Shown here piece after piece: positions 28,653 through 36,631 of a stretch of 64,000 bases of DNA. How positions within the stretch are numbered: the stretch's first letter is position 1; the number at the start of each line of letters is the position of its first letter. The position numbers were made by a program, and so were the translations under genes. The notes under the pieces were generated by a model. That model ran no database searches. It worked only from the letters and a program-made list of their open reading frames with translations, and had not been told where the DNA came from. Source of the DNA: Candidatus Nomurabacteria bacterium (GTDB taxonomy: Bacteria > Patescibacteriota > Minisyncoccia > Phycocordibacterales > SBAW01); NCBI GenBank assembly GCA_020854065.1, contig JADZGF010000016.1:20784-84783 (forward strand), given 5' to 3'.

Positions 28653-29315
28653 CTACCCTTTTCGCAATTCCCCTTCAGCGGCCACAAAATCGGCAGGGAG
28701 TGGGGCCTCAAACCGCATAAGCTTGCCCGACGGGTGGGTTAATTCGAGCGAAAGCGCATGGAGTGCAAGGCGCGTAAACCCTAACAAAAGAGGCCTCCCT
28801 GGCGCATAGAGTACATCCCCGATAATAGGGTGCTGCACTGAGGCCATATGCACGCGTATTTGGTGTGTGCGGCCTGTTTTAGGAAACACCTCAAGGTAAC
28901 TTGCACCTGCTCCTTGTGCTTCTACGCGGTAGTGCGTCAGTGCATCGCGCTGGGTCCCGTACGGAGCACGAGCGGAGCGGGGTCCCCGTCCGCCACGAGA
29001 GGAACCTATGGGCCTGTCGATAATTCCTCGTTCGTCTTTAAATCCACCATGCACAAACGTGCGGTATACCTTTTTGATTTCCCGATTCTTAAACTGCTCT
29101 TTCAAAAATGCCTGCGCTGCTTCAGTACGCGCAATCGCAAGTACGCCACTCGTCTCTCGGTCAATACGGTGCACAAAATAACACTCGCCGTATTTTGCTT
29201 TCAGCCAGCTTTCAAGATCCGGGTAGTCGTGTTTACCGTCTGGGTAGACAATCATACCCGACGGTTTATCAACAACGAGTATATCGTTGTCTTCGTGCAA
29301 AATAGTCGGCTCCAT
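28653..29315 (-). CDS. RluA-family pseudouridine synthase (catalytic domain only)
   Basis: [14 protein letters not shown] catalytic Asp motif; start codon 2 nt after tRNA-Val 3' end. Confidence 0.8.
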   Translation of the reverse strand: MEPTILHEDNDILVVDKPSGMIVYPDGKHDYPDLESWLKAKYGECYFVHRIDRETSGVLAIARTEAAQAFLKEQFKNREIKKVYRTFVHGGFKDERGIIDRPIGSSRGGRGPRSARAPYGTQRDALTHYRVEAQGAGASYLEVFPKTGRTHQIRVHMASVQHPIIGDVLYAPGRPLLLGFTRLALHALSLELTHPSGKLMRFEAPLPADFVAAEGELRKG

Positions 29316-29316
29316 G

Positions 29317-29389
29317 TGCAGGCTGTAGGGCTCGAACCTACGACCATCCCGGTGTAAACGGGGCGCTCTACCAACTGAGCTAAGCCTGC
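29317..29389 (-). tRNA. tRNA-Val (TAC), CCA not encoded
   Basis: GCAGGCT acceptor, anticodon loop TTTACAC, GGTTCGAGCCC T-arm. Confidence 0.85.
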
Positions 29390-29419
29390 ATACTCTCTTA
29401 CTCTATCAAACCTCCGTAC

Positions 29420-29494
29420 TGGTGCCCCCGCGAGGAATCGAACCTCGAATAGCGGCTTAGAAGTCCGCAGTTATATCCATTTAACTACAGGGGC
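29420..29494 (-). tRNA. tRNA-Arg (TCT), CCA encoded
   Basis: GCCCCTG acceptor, D-arm GTTAAATGGATATAAC, anticodon loop CTTCTAA (A31-G39 mismatch), T-arm CGAGG TTCGATT CCTCG. Confidence 0.7.
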
Positions 29495-29506
29495 GATGCC
29501 CCTATC

Positions 29507-30124
29507 TTACCAAGGCCAGAGGTCAAAGCGTACGATAGCATACCCGGCAAAAACAGTCAGTATCAGCACACTTGCCCATACTGCGTACTTATCAACCGCT
29601 TCTAACACCTGTTCGCCAAACGCCCACACGATATACGTGACGATAGACATGCGAATACCGCGTCCCAACACAAATCCTGCGACAAACGGAGCAAAGGGCG
29701 ACCCTAAAATACCCGCGGCATAAATAAGTGCCTTGTCCGGAATGGGAGTAACTGATGCTAAAAGCATTGCCCAGAAAATACTGCCGGCAAGAACTGCTTG
29801 TGCGGTCGCATATGCATCGGTATAGCCCCATGATGCAAGTAGCGCCTCGCCATAGGCACGGTAAAGCCAAAACAAAATCCAATACCCTGCAATGGTGCCG
29901 AGCGTGGAAAAGGTTAACGCGACTGCTAAGTAGCGTTTCCAGCGGTCGCGATGCGCAAGCACCAACGCTGCCAAAAATGGTTCAGCGGTAATTGGTGAGA
30001 AGAGTGTGTCAGTAAACGCAATGAGTGCAAGCCACACGAGCGCAAAGCGACTCTTGGCGTGCTCAAGAAACCACTGCCATAGTCGGCCCTTGGTCGTAAT
30101 ATCGTCGAGCACTGGTGCATCCAT
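29507..30124 (-). CDS. DedA/YqaA-like (VTT-domain-like) membrane protein
   Basis: 4-5 TM helices with Gly-rich re-entrant segment; family assignment tentative. Confidence 0.4.
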   Translation of the reverse strand: MDAPVLDDITTKGRLWQWFLEHAKSRFALVWLALIAFTDTLFSPITAEPFLAALVLAHRDRWKRYLAVALTFSTLGTIAGYWILFWLYRAYGEALLASWGYTDAYATAQAVLAGSIFWAMLLASVTPIPDKALIYAAGILGSPFAPFVAGFVLGRGIRMSIVTYIVWAFGEQVLEAVDKYAVWASVLILTVFAGYAIVRFDLWPW

Positions 30125-30127
30125 ATA

Positions 30128-30451
30128 TTATTTAACGCGCTCTCCGGGATTCCCTTTCGTCTCAAAGAGTGCAAACGGTGTCTCTCCCCCTCCCACTGCA
30201 AGGATCATGGCCTGGCTCTCTAAACCCATCATGGTGCGCGGCGCTAAGTTTGTGACAAACGGAAATCGCTTCCCGACAATATCAGCCGGTGCAACATATG
30301 CTTTTATGCCCGAGAGTACTTGGCGTTCGTGATCACCAAAGTTGACCTTGAGTTTAAGGAGTTTATCGCTGCCTTCTATCTCCTCCGCGCTTACTACCTC
30401 ACCCACGCGGATCTCAACCTTTTTAAAATCATCAATACTAATTGGCTCCAT
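30128..30451 (-). CDS. csaA: tRNA-binding protein (CsaA/Trbp111 EMAP-like OB domain)
   Basis: DFKKVEIRVGEVVSAEEIEGSDKLLKLKVNFGDHERQVLSG pattern. Confidence 0.75.
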   Translation of the reverse strand: MEPISIDDFKKVEIRVGEVVSAEEIEGSDKLLKLKVNFGDHERQVLSGIKAYVAPADIVGKRFPFVTNLAPRTMMGLESQAMILAVGGGETPFALFETKGNPGERVK

Positions 30452-30863
30452 GGTTTTTCATTCTATCAAGATAACTTTGTAAAATAAGTGCTGCTGCGGA
30501 TGCGTCGAGATTCTCTTGTCCTGGATTTGCTTTGCGTGATTTTTCTTCGGGCGCAAATTGGCGTGCTGCCAATGCGCTCGTAAAAAACTCACGTTCGTAT
30601 GCCACCGAGAGACCCGTTAACTCTTCGATATCTTTTTTAAACTGCTCGATATCCTCCATGACGGGATTTGGTTTACCTGCAAAGTCGCGGGACTCACCCA
30701 TCACAACCCCTTCAACACTGTTCTCTTTCGCCAGTGCGGCGATCTCATCAAGTGCTTTAGGTCCTGCCTCTACCACTCCCAAAGGAAAAGCCACCCGACC
30801 ATCTTCGTCGCTTACCGCAATGCCAATGCGTCTGGTTCCATAATCAATACCAAGTAATCTCAT
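30438..30863 (-). CDS. ruvX: Holliday junction resolvase-like RuvX/YqgF
   Basis: MRLLGIDYGTRRIGIAVSD N-terminus and conserved acidic residues. Confidence 0.8.
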   Translation of the reverse strand: MRLLGIDYGTRRIGIAVSDEDGRVAFPLGVVEAGPKALDEIAALAKENSVEGVVMGESRDFAGKPNPVMEDIEQFKKDIEELTGLSVAYEREFFTSALAARQFAPEEKSRKANPGQENLDASAAALILQSYLDRMKNHGAN

Positions 30864-30879
30864 TGTGATCCAAAAATCT

Positions 30880-31206
30880 CTAATATTTATTAAGGAAATC
30901 AGAAAGAAGAGCCGAACCAAAAAATAATATAAAGGGCGATGCTACTAATAAAATTCCAATGAGCACCGTATCTCCAACTTTCCCCCAACGTACATTTTGA
31001 GATTGGGCTGGAGAGACATCGTTTGGTTTAAGAAAACGTCCTGTCAGATATGATACGAATGCAAAAATTATTGCTAGTTCCAACCCACCCAACAATAATT
31101 CTGTAAGTGCGTCAGCTTTTATAAACTCTTCAGTAAAAGCCCATGCCGCCCAACTAAGAAAAAGGAACAACCCTACCTGGATTATTTTTATTCCTATATC
31201 TTTCAT
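30880..31206 (-). CDS. hypothetical small membrane protein
   Basis: 108 aa, 3 hydrophobic helices. Confidence 0.35.
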   Translation of the reverse strand: MKDIGIKIIQVGLFLFLSWAAWAFTEEFIKADALTELLLGGLELAIIFAFVSYLTGRFLKPNDVSPAQSQNVRWGKVGDTVLIGILLVASPFILFFGSALLSDFLNKY

Positions 31207-31263
31207 AACTGTACTTTACAACACTCAGACTCTTCTTAGACAGAACAGCTGTACTTAATCTAG

Positions 31264-31348
31264 CGGTGGGGAGAGGATTCGAACCTCTGGTACCTTGCGG
31301 CACTCCTGTTTTCAAGACAGGTGCAATAGACCACTCTGCCACCCCACC
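31264..31348 (-). tRNA. tRNA-Ser (TGA), long variable arm, CCA not encoded
   Basis: GGTGGGG acceptor, anticodon loop CTTGAAA, variable arm AGTGCCGCAAGGTACC, GGTTCGAATCC T-loop. Confidence 0.85.
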
Positions 31349-31389
31349 CCAATGGACACACTATACTATTTTTCTTACCATTACAGCAG

Positions 31390-31932
31390 ATGAAGGAGTC
31401 TGTCATGGAACCCGAAAAAATTCTACTGCGTGCAACGCTCGCACTATTGTGTAAGGGAGCAACGGTAATTTTACCCATAAAAAAGCATAAAATTGGCGCT
31501 GGTCTGCGCAATGGGTATGGTGGTGGGATTGAAGCGGATGAAGATCCCACTACCGCCACAGCACGTGAACTATATGAAGAGTGTGGAGTAAATATTGGTC
31601 TCCGCGACATTACGCCTGCAGCAGTGATCGACTTTCATAACATGACGGCAGAGGGTAAAGAATTCACCTGCCGTGTCTATGTATCACTCGTCGATCTTTG
31701 GTTAGGTACACCGTATGAGAGCGAAGAGATGGGCCCGCCCGAACACTTCGCTCTCGATGAACCTCCTTTAGACGAGATGATGCTTGCAGACCGCGACTGG
31801 TTGCCACCGGTACTTGCCGGGAAACATATATACGCACAAGCGTGGTACACCTCACGACAAGCAGCACTACGACAACCAACGGTCGTTACAGAAATATCTC
31901 GGGATGAACTCGACCGCTTATGGAGTGCATAA
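31390..31932 (+). CDS. NUDIX-like hydrolase
   Basis: Nudix box GGGIEADEDPTTATARELYEECG. Confidence 0.6.
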   Translation: MKESVMEPEKILLRATLALLCKGATVILPIKKHKIGAGLRNGYGGGIEADEDPTTATARELYEECGVNIGLRDITPAAVIDFHNMTAEGKEFTCRVYVSLVDLWLGTPYESEEMGPPEHFALDEPPLDEMMLADRDWLPPVLAGKHIYAQAWYTSRQAALRQPTVVTEISRDELDRLWSA

Positions 31933-31962
31933 GCGGTCTTTTCCTTATCGTATACTTACACC

Positions 31963-32430
31963 ATGGCGCAAGATGGCATCGCGTGGATCGTGCATACACA
32001 CGAGCACCAAGACCGCTCGGTTGATTGGTACTGGACACTTGGTGGGCTGGCAATTGCCGGCGCAGTACTCTCGATTATCTTTAGCAACTTTCTGCTTGCG
32101 GTCATCATTCTTATCGGTGCAGGTTCTATTGGTACTCTTGCCGCGCGCGGACCCCGCACGCACTGGGTACGAGTTGATGGAAACGGCGTAACTATGGACG
32201 GCACCCTCTACCGCCACGATGCACTGCACTCTTTTTGGGTCGACGAAACAGATAAAGACGATCCCCTTCTCTTAGTGAGCACTCGCTCGATGCTTCATCC
32301 ACAGCTTGTCGTGCCCCTTATCGAGAGTTCGCGCGCAAGTGCCGTGCGTAGCTACTTAAAACGCTATCTTGAGGAAGAAGAACAGCACCCGCACTTGGGT
32401 GAACAGGTAGCACGGCTTATTGGTTTATAG
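31963..32430 (+). CDS. hypothetical membrane protein
   Basis: 155 aa, two TM helices. Confidence 0.35.
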   Translation: MAQDGIAWIVHTHEHQDRSVDWYWTLGGLAIAGAVLSIIFSNFLLAVIILIGAGSIGTLAARGPRTHWVRVDGNGVTMDGTLYRHDALHSFWVDETDKDDPLLLVSTRSMLHPQLVVPLIESSRASAVRSYLKRYLEEEEQHPHLGEQVARLIGL

Positions 32431-32482
32431 AATATAAACATAGGTACTTGTTTCTAGTTTTGAGTTTCTATATAATGAACTC

Positions 32483-33172
32483 ATGGCTGGGGTGCGTCAT
32501 GATTCATCCGTAAAATCTAAGGTCATGCGACTCCGACGTGCGGGTAAAACCTACGCCGAAATTCAAAAACGCTTCCCTATCCCCAAAAGTACTCTATCGG
32601 TCTGGCTAAACAAAAAGTTTCCAAGAACACGCACGGTACAATTAGAACACTTAAAACGAGCCCGAATACTCGCAGCCGCATCTATCACAAAAGCACGATT
32701 GGCCCGAGAAGCAATCATTGATTCAAAAAGTGCTTTAACGGCAATAGATTTACCTTTGCACAACATAGCACTCCGTAAAGCTCTGCTTGCTATGTTGTAT
32801 TGGGCAGAAGGTTCAAAACACAAAGGAGTAGGTGGCCTTATTTTTGTAAATACAGATCCGAAACTTGCAGAATTATATATTTCCCTCCTTCGTTCAAGTT
32901 TTACTGTAGAAGAAACCCGATTTCGTATACGGCTTCATTTGCATTATTATCACAAATCGAAAGAAGCGATCGACTTCTGGTCAAAACTGCTTGATGTGCC
33001 TAAAGCACAATTTGGAAAAATTTATTGGAAGGAGCGCAGTAAAACCAAAAAATTTAGACAAAATTTTATGGGAATTTGTTTTATCTATTACCCATCAGGT
33101 GATATCAGAAAAGAAATTCTCTCGCTTGGCCAAGCTATTCATGCTATACTGCCAAACCAATTGCTCCCGTAG
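32483..33172 (+). CDS. putative HTH + LAGLIDADG-like homing-endonuclease-family protein in an AT-rich islet
   Basis: N-terminal HTH (RLRRAGKTYAEIQKRFPIPKSTLSVWL); LLAMLYWAEGSKHK resembles LAGLIDADG (LAGFVDGDGS) with acidic E at the catalytic position; later helix SKEAIDFWSKLLD resembles I-CreI-type helix; TTGTTT-N17-TATAAT promoter upstream; last 10 nt overlap tRNA-Arg. Confidence 0.4.
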   Translation: MAGVRHDSSVKSKVMRLRRAGKTYAEIQKRFPIPKSTLSVWLNKKFPRTRTVQLEHLKRARILAAASITKARLAREAIIDSKSALTAIDLPLHNIALRKALLAMLYWAEGSKHKGVGGLIFVNTDPKLAELYISLLRSSFTVEETRFRIRLHLHYYHKSKEAIDFWSKLLDVPKAQFGKIYWKERSKTKKFRQNFMGICFIYYPSGDIRKEILSLGQAIHAILPNQLLP

Positions 33173-33237
33173 TTAAATGGATATAACGCGAGGTTGCGGA
33201 CTTCGTATTCTAGGTTCGATTCCTAGCGGGAGCACCA
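33163..33237 (+). tRNA. tRNA-Arg, anticodon read as GCG (loop TTGCGGA), CCA encoded
   Basis: GCTCCCG acceptor, D-arm identical to the other two Arg tRNAs, T-arm CTAGG TTCGATT CCTAG. Confidence 0.7.
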
Positions 33238-33264
33238 CATAGGAAATTACCACGAGTATTCAGA

Positions 33265-33339
33265 GCTCTCGTAGTTAAATGGATATAACACCTCCCTCCG
33301 AAGGAGGAAATCCAGGTTCGATTCCTGGCGAGAGCACCA
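33265..33339 (+). tRNA. tRNA-Arg (CCG), CCA encoded
   Basis: GCTCTCG acceptor, anticodon stem-loop CCTCC CTCCGAA GGAGG, T-arm CCAGG TTCGATT CCTGG. Confidence 0.8.
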
Positions 33340-33367
33340 GAAAGAAAAAGTTCGACTTCTGGCAGAC

Positions 33368-33610
33368 TTATGCCTTAAGAAGTTTTGCGACCGATGCCTT
33401 ACGGCGAGCTGCCGTGTTTTTGTGCATAAGGCCACGCTTAAGCGCCTTATCAATTGCTTGGTACGCTGCTGAGAGAGCTGCCGCATCACCCCCTTTTGCC
33501 AAACGAGCACCCTTAAGAGCACCGCGAAGTGCTTTACGGCGGACGTCGTTAAAAGCCTTCTTGCGGAGGCTTTGGCGGTGGGCTTTCTTGGCAGACTTGG
33601 TAATTGCCAT
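33368..33610 (-). CDS. rpsT: 30S ribosomal protein S20
   Basis: MAITKSAKKAHRQSLRKKAFNDVRRKAL... Confidence 0.9.
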   Translation of the reverse strand: MAITKSAKKAHRQSLRKKAFNDVRRKALRGALKGARLAKGGDAAALSAAYQAIDKALKRGLMHKNTAARRKASVAKLLKA

Positions 33611-33634
33611 GCGCGGAGTGTACTCTATATAGGC

Positions 33635-34189
33635 ATGATAGGCAAGCTCACAGGGGTAGTTGAGCTCGGATCTCCCGGGGAGGTCCTTATTGATGTAAAC
33701 GGGGTTGGGTACAGTGTCCGCGTGCCTCTTTCCGTTATACTCTCCCCAACTGAGCGTATTACCCTCTTTATTTACACAGCCGTGCGCGACGATGCGATCG
33801 ATCTATATGGCTTTACCTCTACTGCAGACATCGCTTTTTTCAAACAACTTATGACCGTCTCTTCTATTGGTCCGAAGACAGCACTTTCCATTATGGGCGT
33901 GTCTGACATTACAACGCTCAAGCGCCATATTGCTGCAGGTGATGCAGTGGCGCTCACCAAATTGTTTGGTATCGGCAAAAAGAGTGCTGAGCGTATTGTG
34001 GTTGAACTGAAAGACAAAGTTATACCTGACGCAACTGCGAACATGGGTGGCAGCGAAATTATGGATGCACTTATGTCGCTTGGCTACAGTGCTGAAGAAT
34101 CACGTCGCGCACTGAAACAACTTCCAGGTGGAGATACCAAAGAGCAATTGCAAGCTGCACTTAAATATTTAGGTGGCGCAAAAGTATGA
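33635..34189 (+). CDS. ruvA: Holliday junction DNA helicase RuvA
   Basis: MIGKLTGVVE...VNGVGYSV OB domain, two HhH motifs, C-terminal RuvB-binding domain; start at Met22. Confidence 0.85.
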   Translation: MIGKLTGVVELGSPGEVLIDVNGVGYSVRVPLSVILSPTERITLFIYTAVRDDAIDLYGFTSTADIAFFKQLMTVSSIGPKTALSIMGVSDITTLKRHIAAGDAVALTKLFGIGKKSAERIVVELKDKVIPDATANMGGSEIMDALMSLGYSAEESRRALKQLPGGDTKEQLQAALKYLGGAKV

Positions 34190-35430
34190 AAAACTTCTTT
34201 CGCACACTAATCCCCTCCTCTGTGCTCGACCTCTATCATGGCGCTTGGGCACATGGGAGTGCATGGTGGTTTGGATATCCATCCAAACAACTTGTGGTCA
34301 TTGGAGTCACGGGCACCAAGGGTAAATCGAGTGTAGCTGAAATGATGGCAACCATCTTGCGTGGTGCGGGTAAAAAAGTTGCACTCGCATCTACGATTCA
34401 TTTTGTGGTGAACGAGGACGAACGTCCCAACCTCTACAAAATGTCCATGCCGGGTCGTGGACGACTACAAAAGTTTTTGCGTGACGCACACGATGCAGGC
34501 TGTACACATGTAGTACTTGAGATGACCTCTGAAGGTGTATTGCAACATCGTCATGTTGGTATTGAACTTGATGCACTTATATTCACCAACCTCGCCCCTG
34601 AACACATTGAGCGACACGGCAGTTTTGAAAAGTATGCCGATGCAAAACTGGAGATTGCACGTTCGCTTGCACGCTCATCCAAACGTCCACGCATTATCGT
34701 TGCGAATACTGACGATGCATACGGAGAAAAGTTTTTGTCAGTTGGTGTCGATACAGCCTTGCCGTATAGCGCACATGACGCCGAGCCGTATAGCACCGAC
34801 GAAGCAAGCGCTCGGTTTGTCTGGCATGGCACTACCTTTGTGGTCCCCCTCCCCGGCATGTTTAACCTCTACAACGCACTTGCTGCACTCACCGCAGGAA
34901 AAGCACTCGGTATCGATATCGATGTCATGAAGCGCGCGCTTGAGCATATGCCGACCATCGCAGGTCGCGCTGAGCGTGTGGAAGCAGGTCAACCATTTAG
35001 CGTTGTAGTGGATTACGCGCACACTCCTGATTCACTCAAAGCATTGTATGAGACGTACAAAAATCACCGACTCATTTGTGTGTTGGGTGCAACTGGTGGC
35101 GGACGCGACATATGGAAGCGTCCCGAGATGGGTAAAGTTGCCGATGCATACTGTTCAGTTGCCATACTGACCGATGATGATCCATACAATGAGGATAGCG
35201 AATCGATTATTGCTGACATTGCAAAAGGATTTAGCACTCATACACCACTGCGTATTGTTGATCGTCGTGCTGCCATTGCTGCTGCGTTTTCCGAAGCAAA
35301 ACCAGGTGATGCAGTTCTTATCACCGGCAAAGGGACTGATCCCTATTTAATGCTCGCACATGGGAAGAAAATGCCGTGGAGTGACAAAAAAGTAGCTACC
35401 GAAGAGCTCGCGAAGTTGGGGTACAATTAA
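34186..35430 (+). CDS. murE: Mur ligase family protein (MurE-like), short N-terminus
   Basis: GVTGTKGKSS P-loop, DxxE, C-terminal Mur ligase domain. Confidence 0.65.
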   Translation: MKNFFRTLIPSSVLDLYHGAWAHGSAWWFGYPSKQLVVIGVTGTKGKSSVAEMMATILRGAGKKVALASTIHFVVNEDERPNLYKMSMPGRGRLQKFLRDAHDAGCTHVVLEMTSEGVLQHRHVGIELDALIFTNLAPEHIERHGSFEKYADAKLEIARSLARSSKRPRIIVANTDDAYGEKFLSVGVDTALPYSAHDAEPYSTDEASARFVWHGTTFVVPLPGMFNLYNALAALTAGKALGIDIDVMKRALEHMPTIAGRAERVEAGQPFSVVVDYAHTPDSLKALYETYKNHRLICVLGATGGGRDIWKRPEMGKVADAYCSVAILTDDDPYNEDSESIIADIAKGFSTHTPLRIVDRRAAIAAAFSEAKPGDAVLITGKGTDPYLMLAHGKKMPWSDKKVATEELAKLGYN

Positions 35431-35433
35431 TTT

Positions 35434-35667
35434 ATGGCCGACGAAAAAGGCGGAGAAGAAGGTCCTATGACGACCGTTTGGATTCTCGGTGCACTGCTTG
35501 GCGGACTCATTGTGCTCTGGTATGTAAATGGTGGTCCTGATCGTGCAGATTTGCGTGGTATCTTTTTAGCACCACCCGCACCCCTTGGTACCGGTGAAGC
35601 ATACGGTCCGCAAATTAATGCGCCGACCGAAACTGTGCCGCAAACCATTGATCAACCTGACTACTAA
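35434..35667 (+). CDS. hypothetical small membrane protein
   Basis: 77 aa, one TM. Confidence 0.3.
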   Translation: MADEKGGEEGPMTTVWILGALLGGLIVLWYVNGGPDRADLRGIFLAPPAPLGTGEAYGPQINAPTETVPQTIDQPDY

Positions 35668-35670
35668 CCT

Positions 35671-36069
35671 ATGCTTAATCCTTTCCCCGATCTTTTAACG
35701 TATTCGTTTTTTGCACCGACACTCTTACGTTTTGCCGCTGCATGTGCATTTGCATACGGCGCATACTTTTTGTGGCAGAATCAAAAACAAATTGGGCAGA
35801 AGCGCTTCCCTATCATTGGTCACGCTCCATGGCTTGGTGGTGCGGCAGCAGTTGCACACGGAATACTTGCTGCTGCACTCGCGTTTGGATACCACACACA
35901 AATTAGCGCGCTTGCCGGTGCACTTGGTGCATTGAAAGGAATATTCTTTGCTGAGCAATATCGCGAAGTCTTCCCTTTCTCAAAAAGCACTTACTTCCTC
36001 CTCCTTTTTGTACTCCTTTCACTCTTGCTCACTGGCGCTGGTGCGCTTGCAAAAGATCTCCCACTCTAG
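35671..36069 (+). CDS. hypothetical DoxX-like membrane protein
   Basis: 132 aa, 4 TM helices. Confidence 0.35.
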   Translation: MLNPFPDLLTYSFFAPTLLRFAAACAFAYGAYFLWQNQKQIGQKRFPIIGHAPWLGGAAAVAHGILAAALAFGYHTQISALAGALGALKGIFFAEQYREVFPFSKSTYFLLLFVLLSLLLTGAGALAKDLPL

Positions 36070-36082
36070 CTAGAGTGGTTCT

Positions 36083-36544
36083 GTGATACTCGTGCTCCAC
36101 AATATACGCAGCGCCCACAACGTGGGTAGCATGTTTCGTACCGCTGACGCAGCGGGTGTGAAGCGTATTATCCTTTCTGGATACACACCGGGACCCACTG
36201 ATCCACGCGGAGTGCCACGGAGGGATTTTATAAAAGTGTCGCTTGGTGCGGAGCATTTTATTCCTTGGGATCGAAGTTCTACACTTGCGACAGCGCTTAA
36301 GAAATTAAAGAAGGAAGGATACACCATCGTCGCGGTTGAGCAGACGAAAACTTCGATAAATCTTTTTGACTACAAGCCGAAGAATAAAAAGTTGGCAGTG
36401 GTGATGGGCAATGAAGTACGCGGCATTAATACCCAAAACCTTAAGTATTGCGATGCGGCAGTGGAGATACCCATGCAGGGAAAGAAAGAGTCTCTCAACG
36501 TAGCGGTCGCCTGTGGTATAGCCCTATTTACGCTTTTGCGCTAA
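36083..36544 (+). CDS. SpoU/TrmH-family RNA 2'-O-methyltransferase
   Basis: LVLHNIRSAHNVGSMFRTADAAG...GNEVRGI...ESLNVAVACGIALF SPOUT motifs. Confidence 0.8.
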   Translation: MILVLHNIRSAHNVGSMFRTADAAGVKRIILSGYTPGPTDPRGVPRRDFIKVSLGAEHFIPWDRSSTLATALKKLKKEGYTIVAVEQTKTSINLFDYKPKNKKLAVVMGNEVRGINTQNLKYCDAAVEIPMQGKKESLNVAVACGIALFTLLR

Positions 36545-36558
36545 AATGGTGCCGTATT

Positions 36559-36631
36559 GCGCCCATAGCTCAGTTGGTAGAGCGGCTCCCTTTTAAGGAG
36601 ATGGTCCTTGGTTCGAATCCAAGTGGGCGCA
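36559..36631 (+). tRNA. tRNA-Lys (TTT), CCA not encoded
   Basis: GCGCCCA acceptor, GCTCAGTTGGTAGAGC D-arm, anticodon loop CTTTTAA, GGTTCGAATCC T-loop. Confidence 0.75.

Noticed and set aside
31154-31610. ORFs 31154-31342 and 31260-31610 on the minus strand
   Set aside because: They run through the tRNA-Ser gene (31264-31348); translations are low-complexity.
32431-33237. Possibility that the LAGLIDADG-like ORF sits in a group I intron splitting a tRNA
   Set aside because: No 5' tRNA half or intron P1/P7-like elements upstream of 32483; the downstream tRNA-Arg is complete and uninterrupted.
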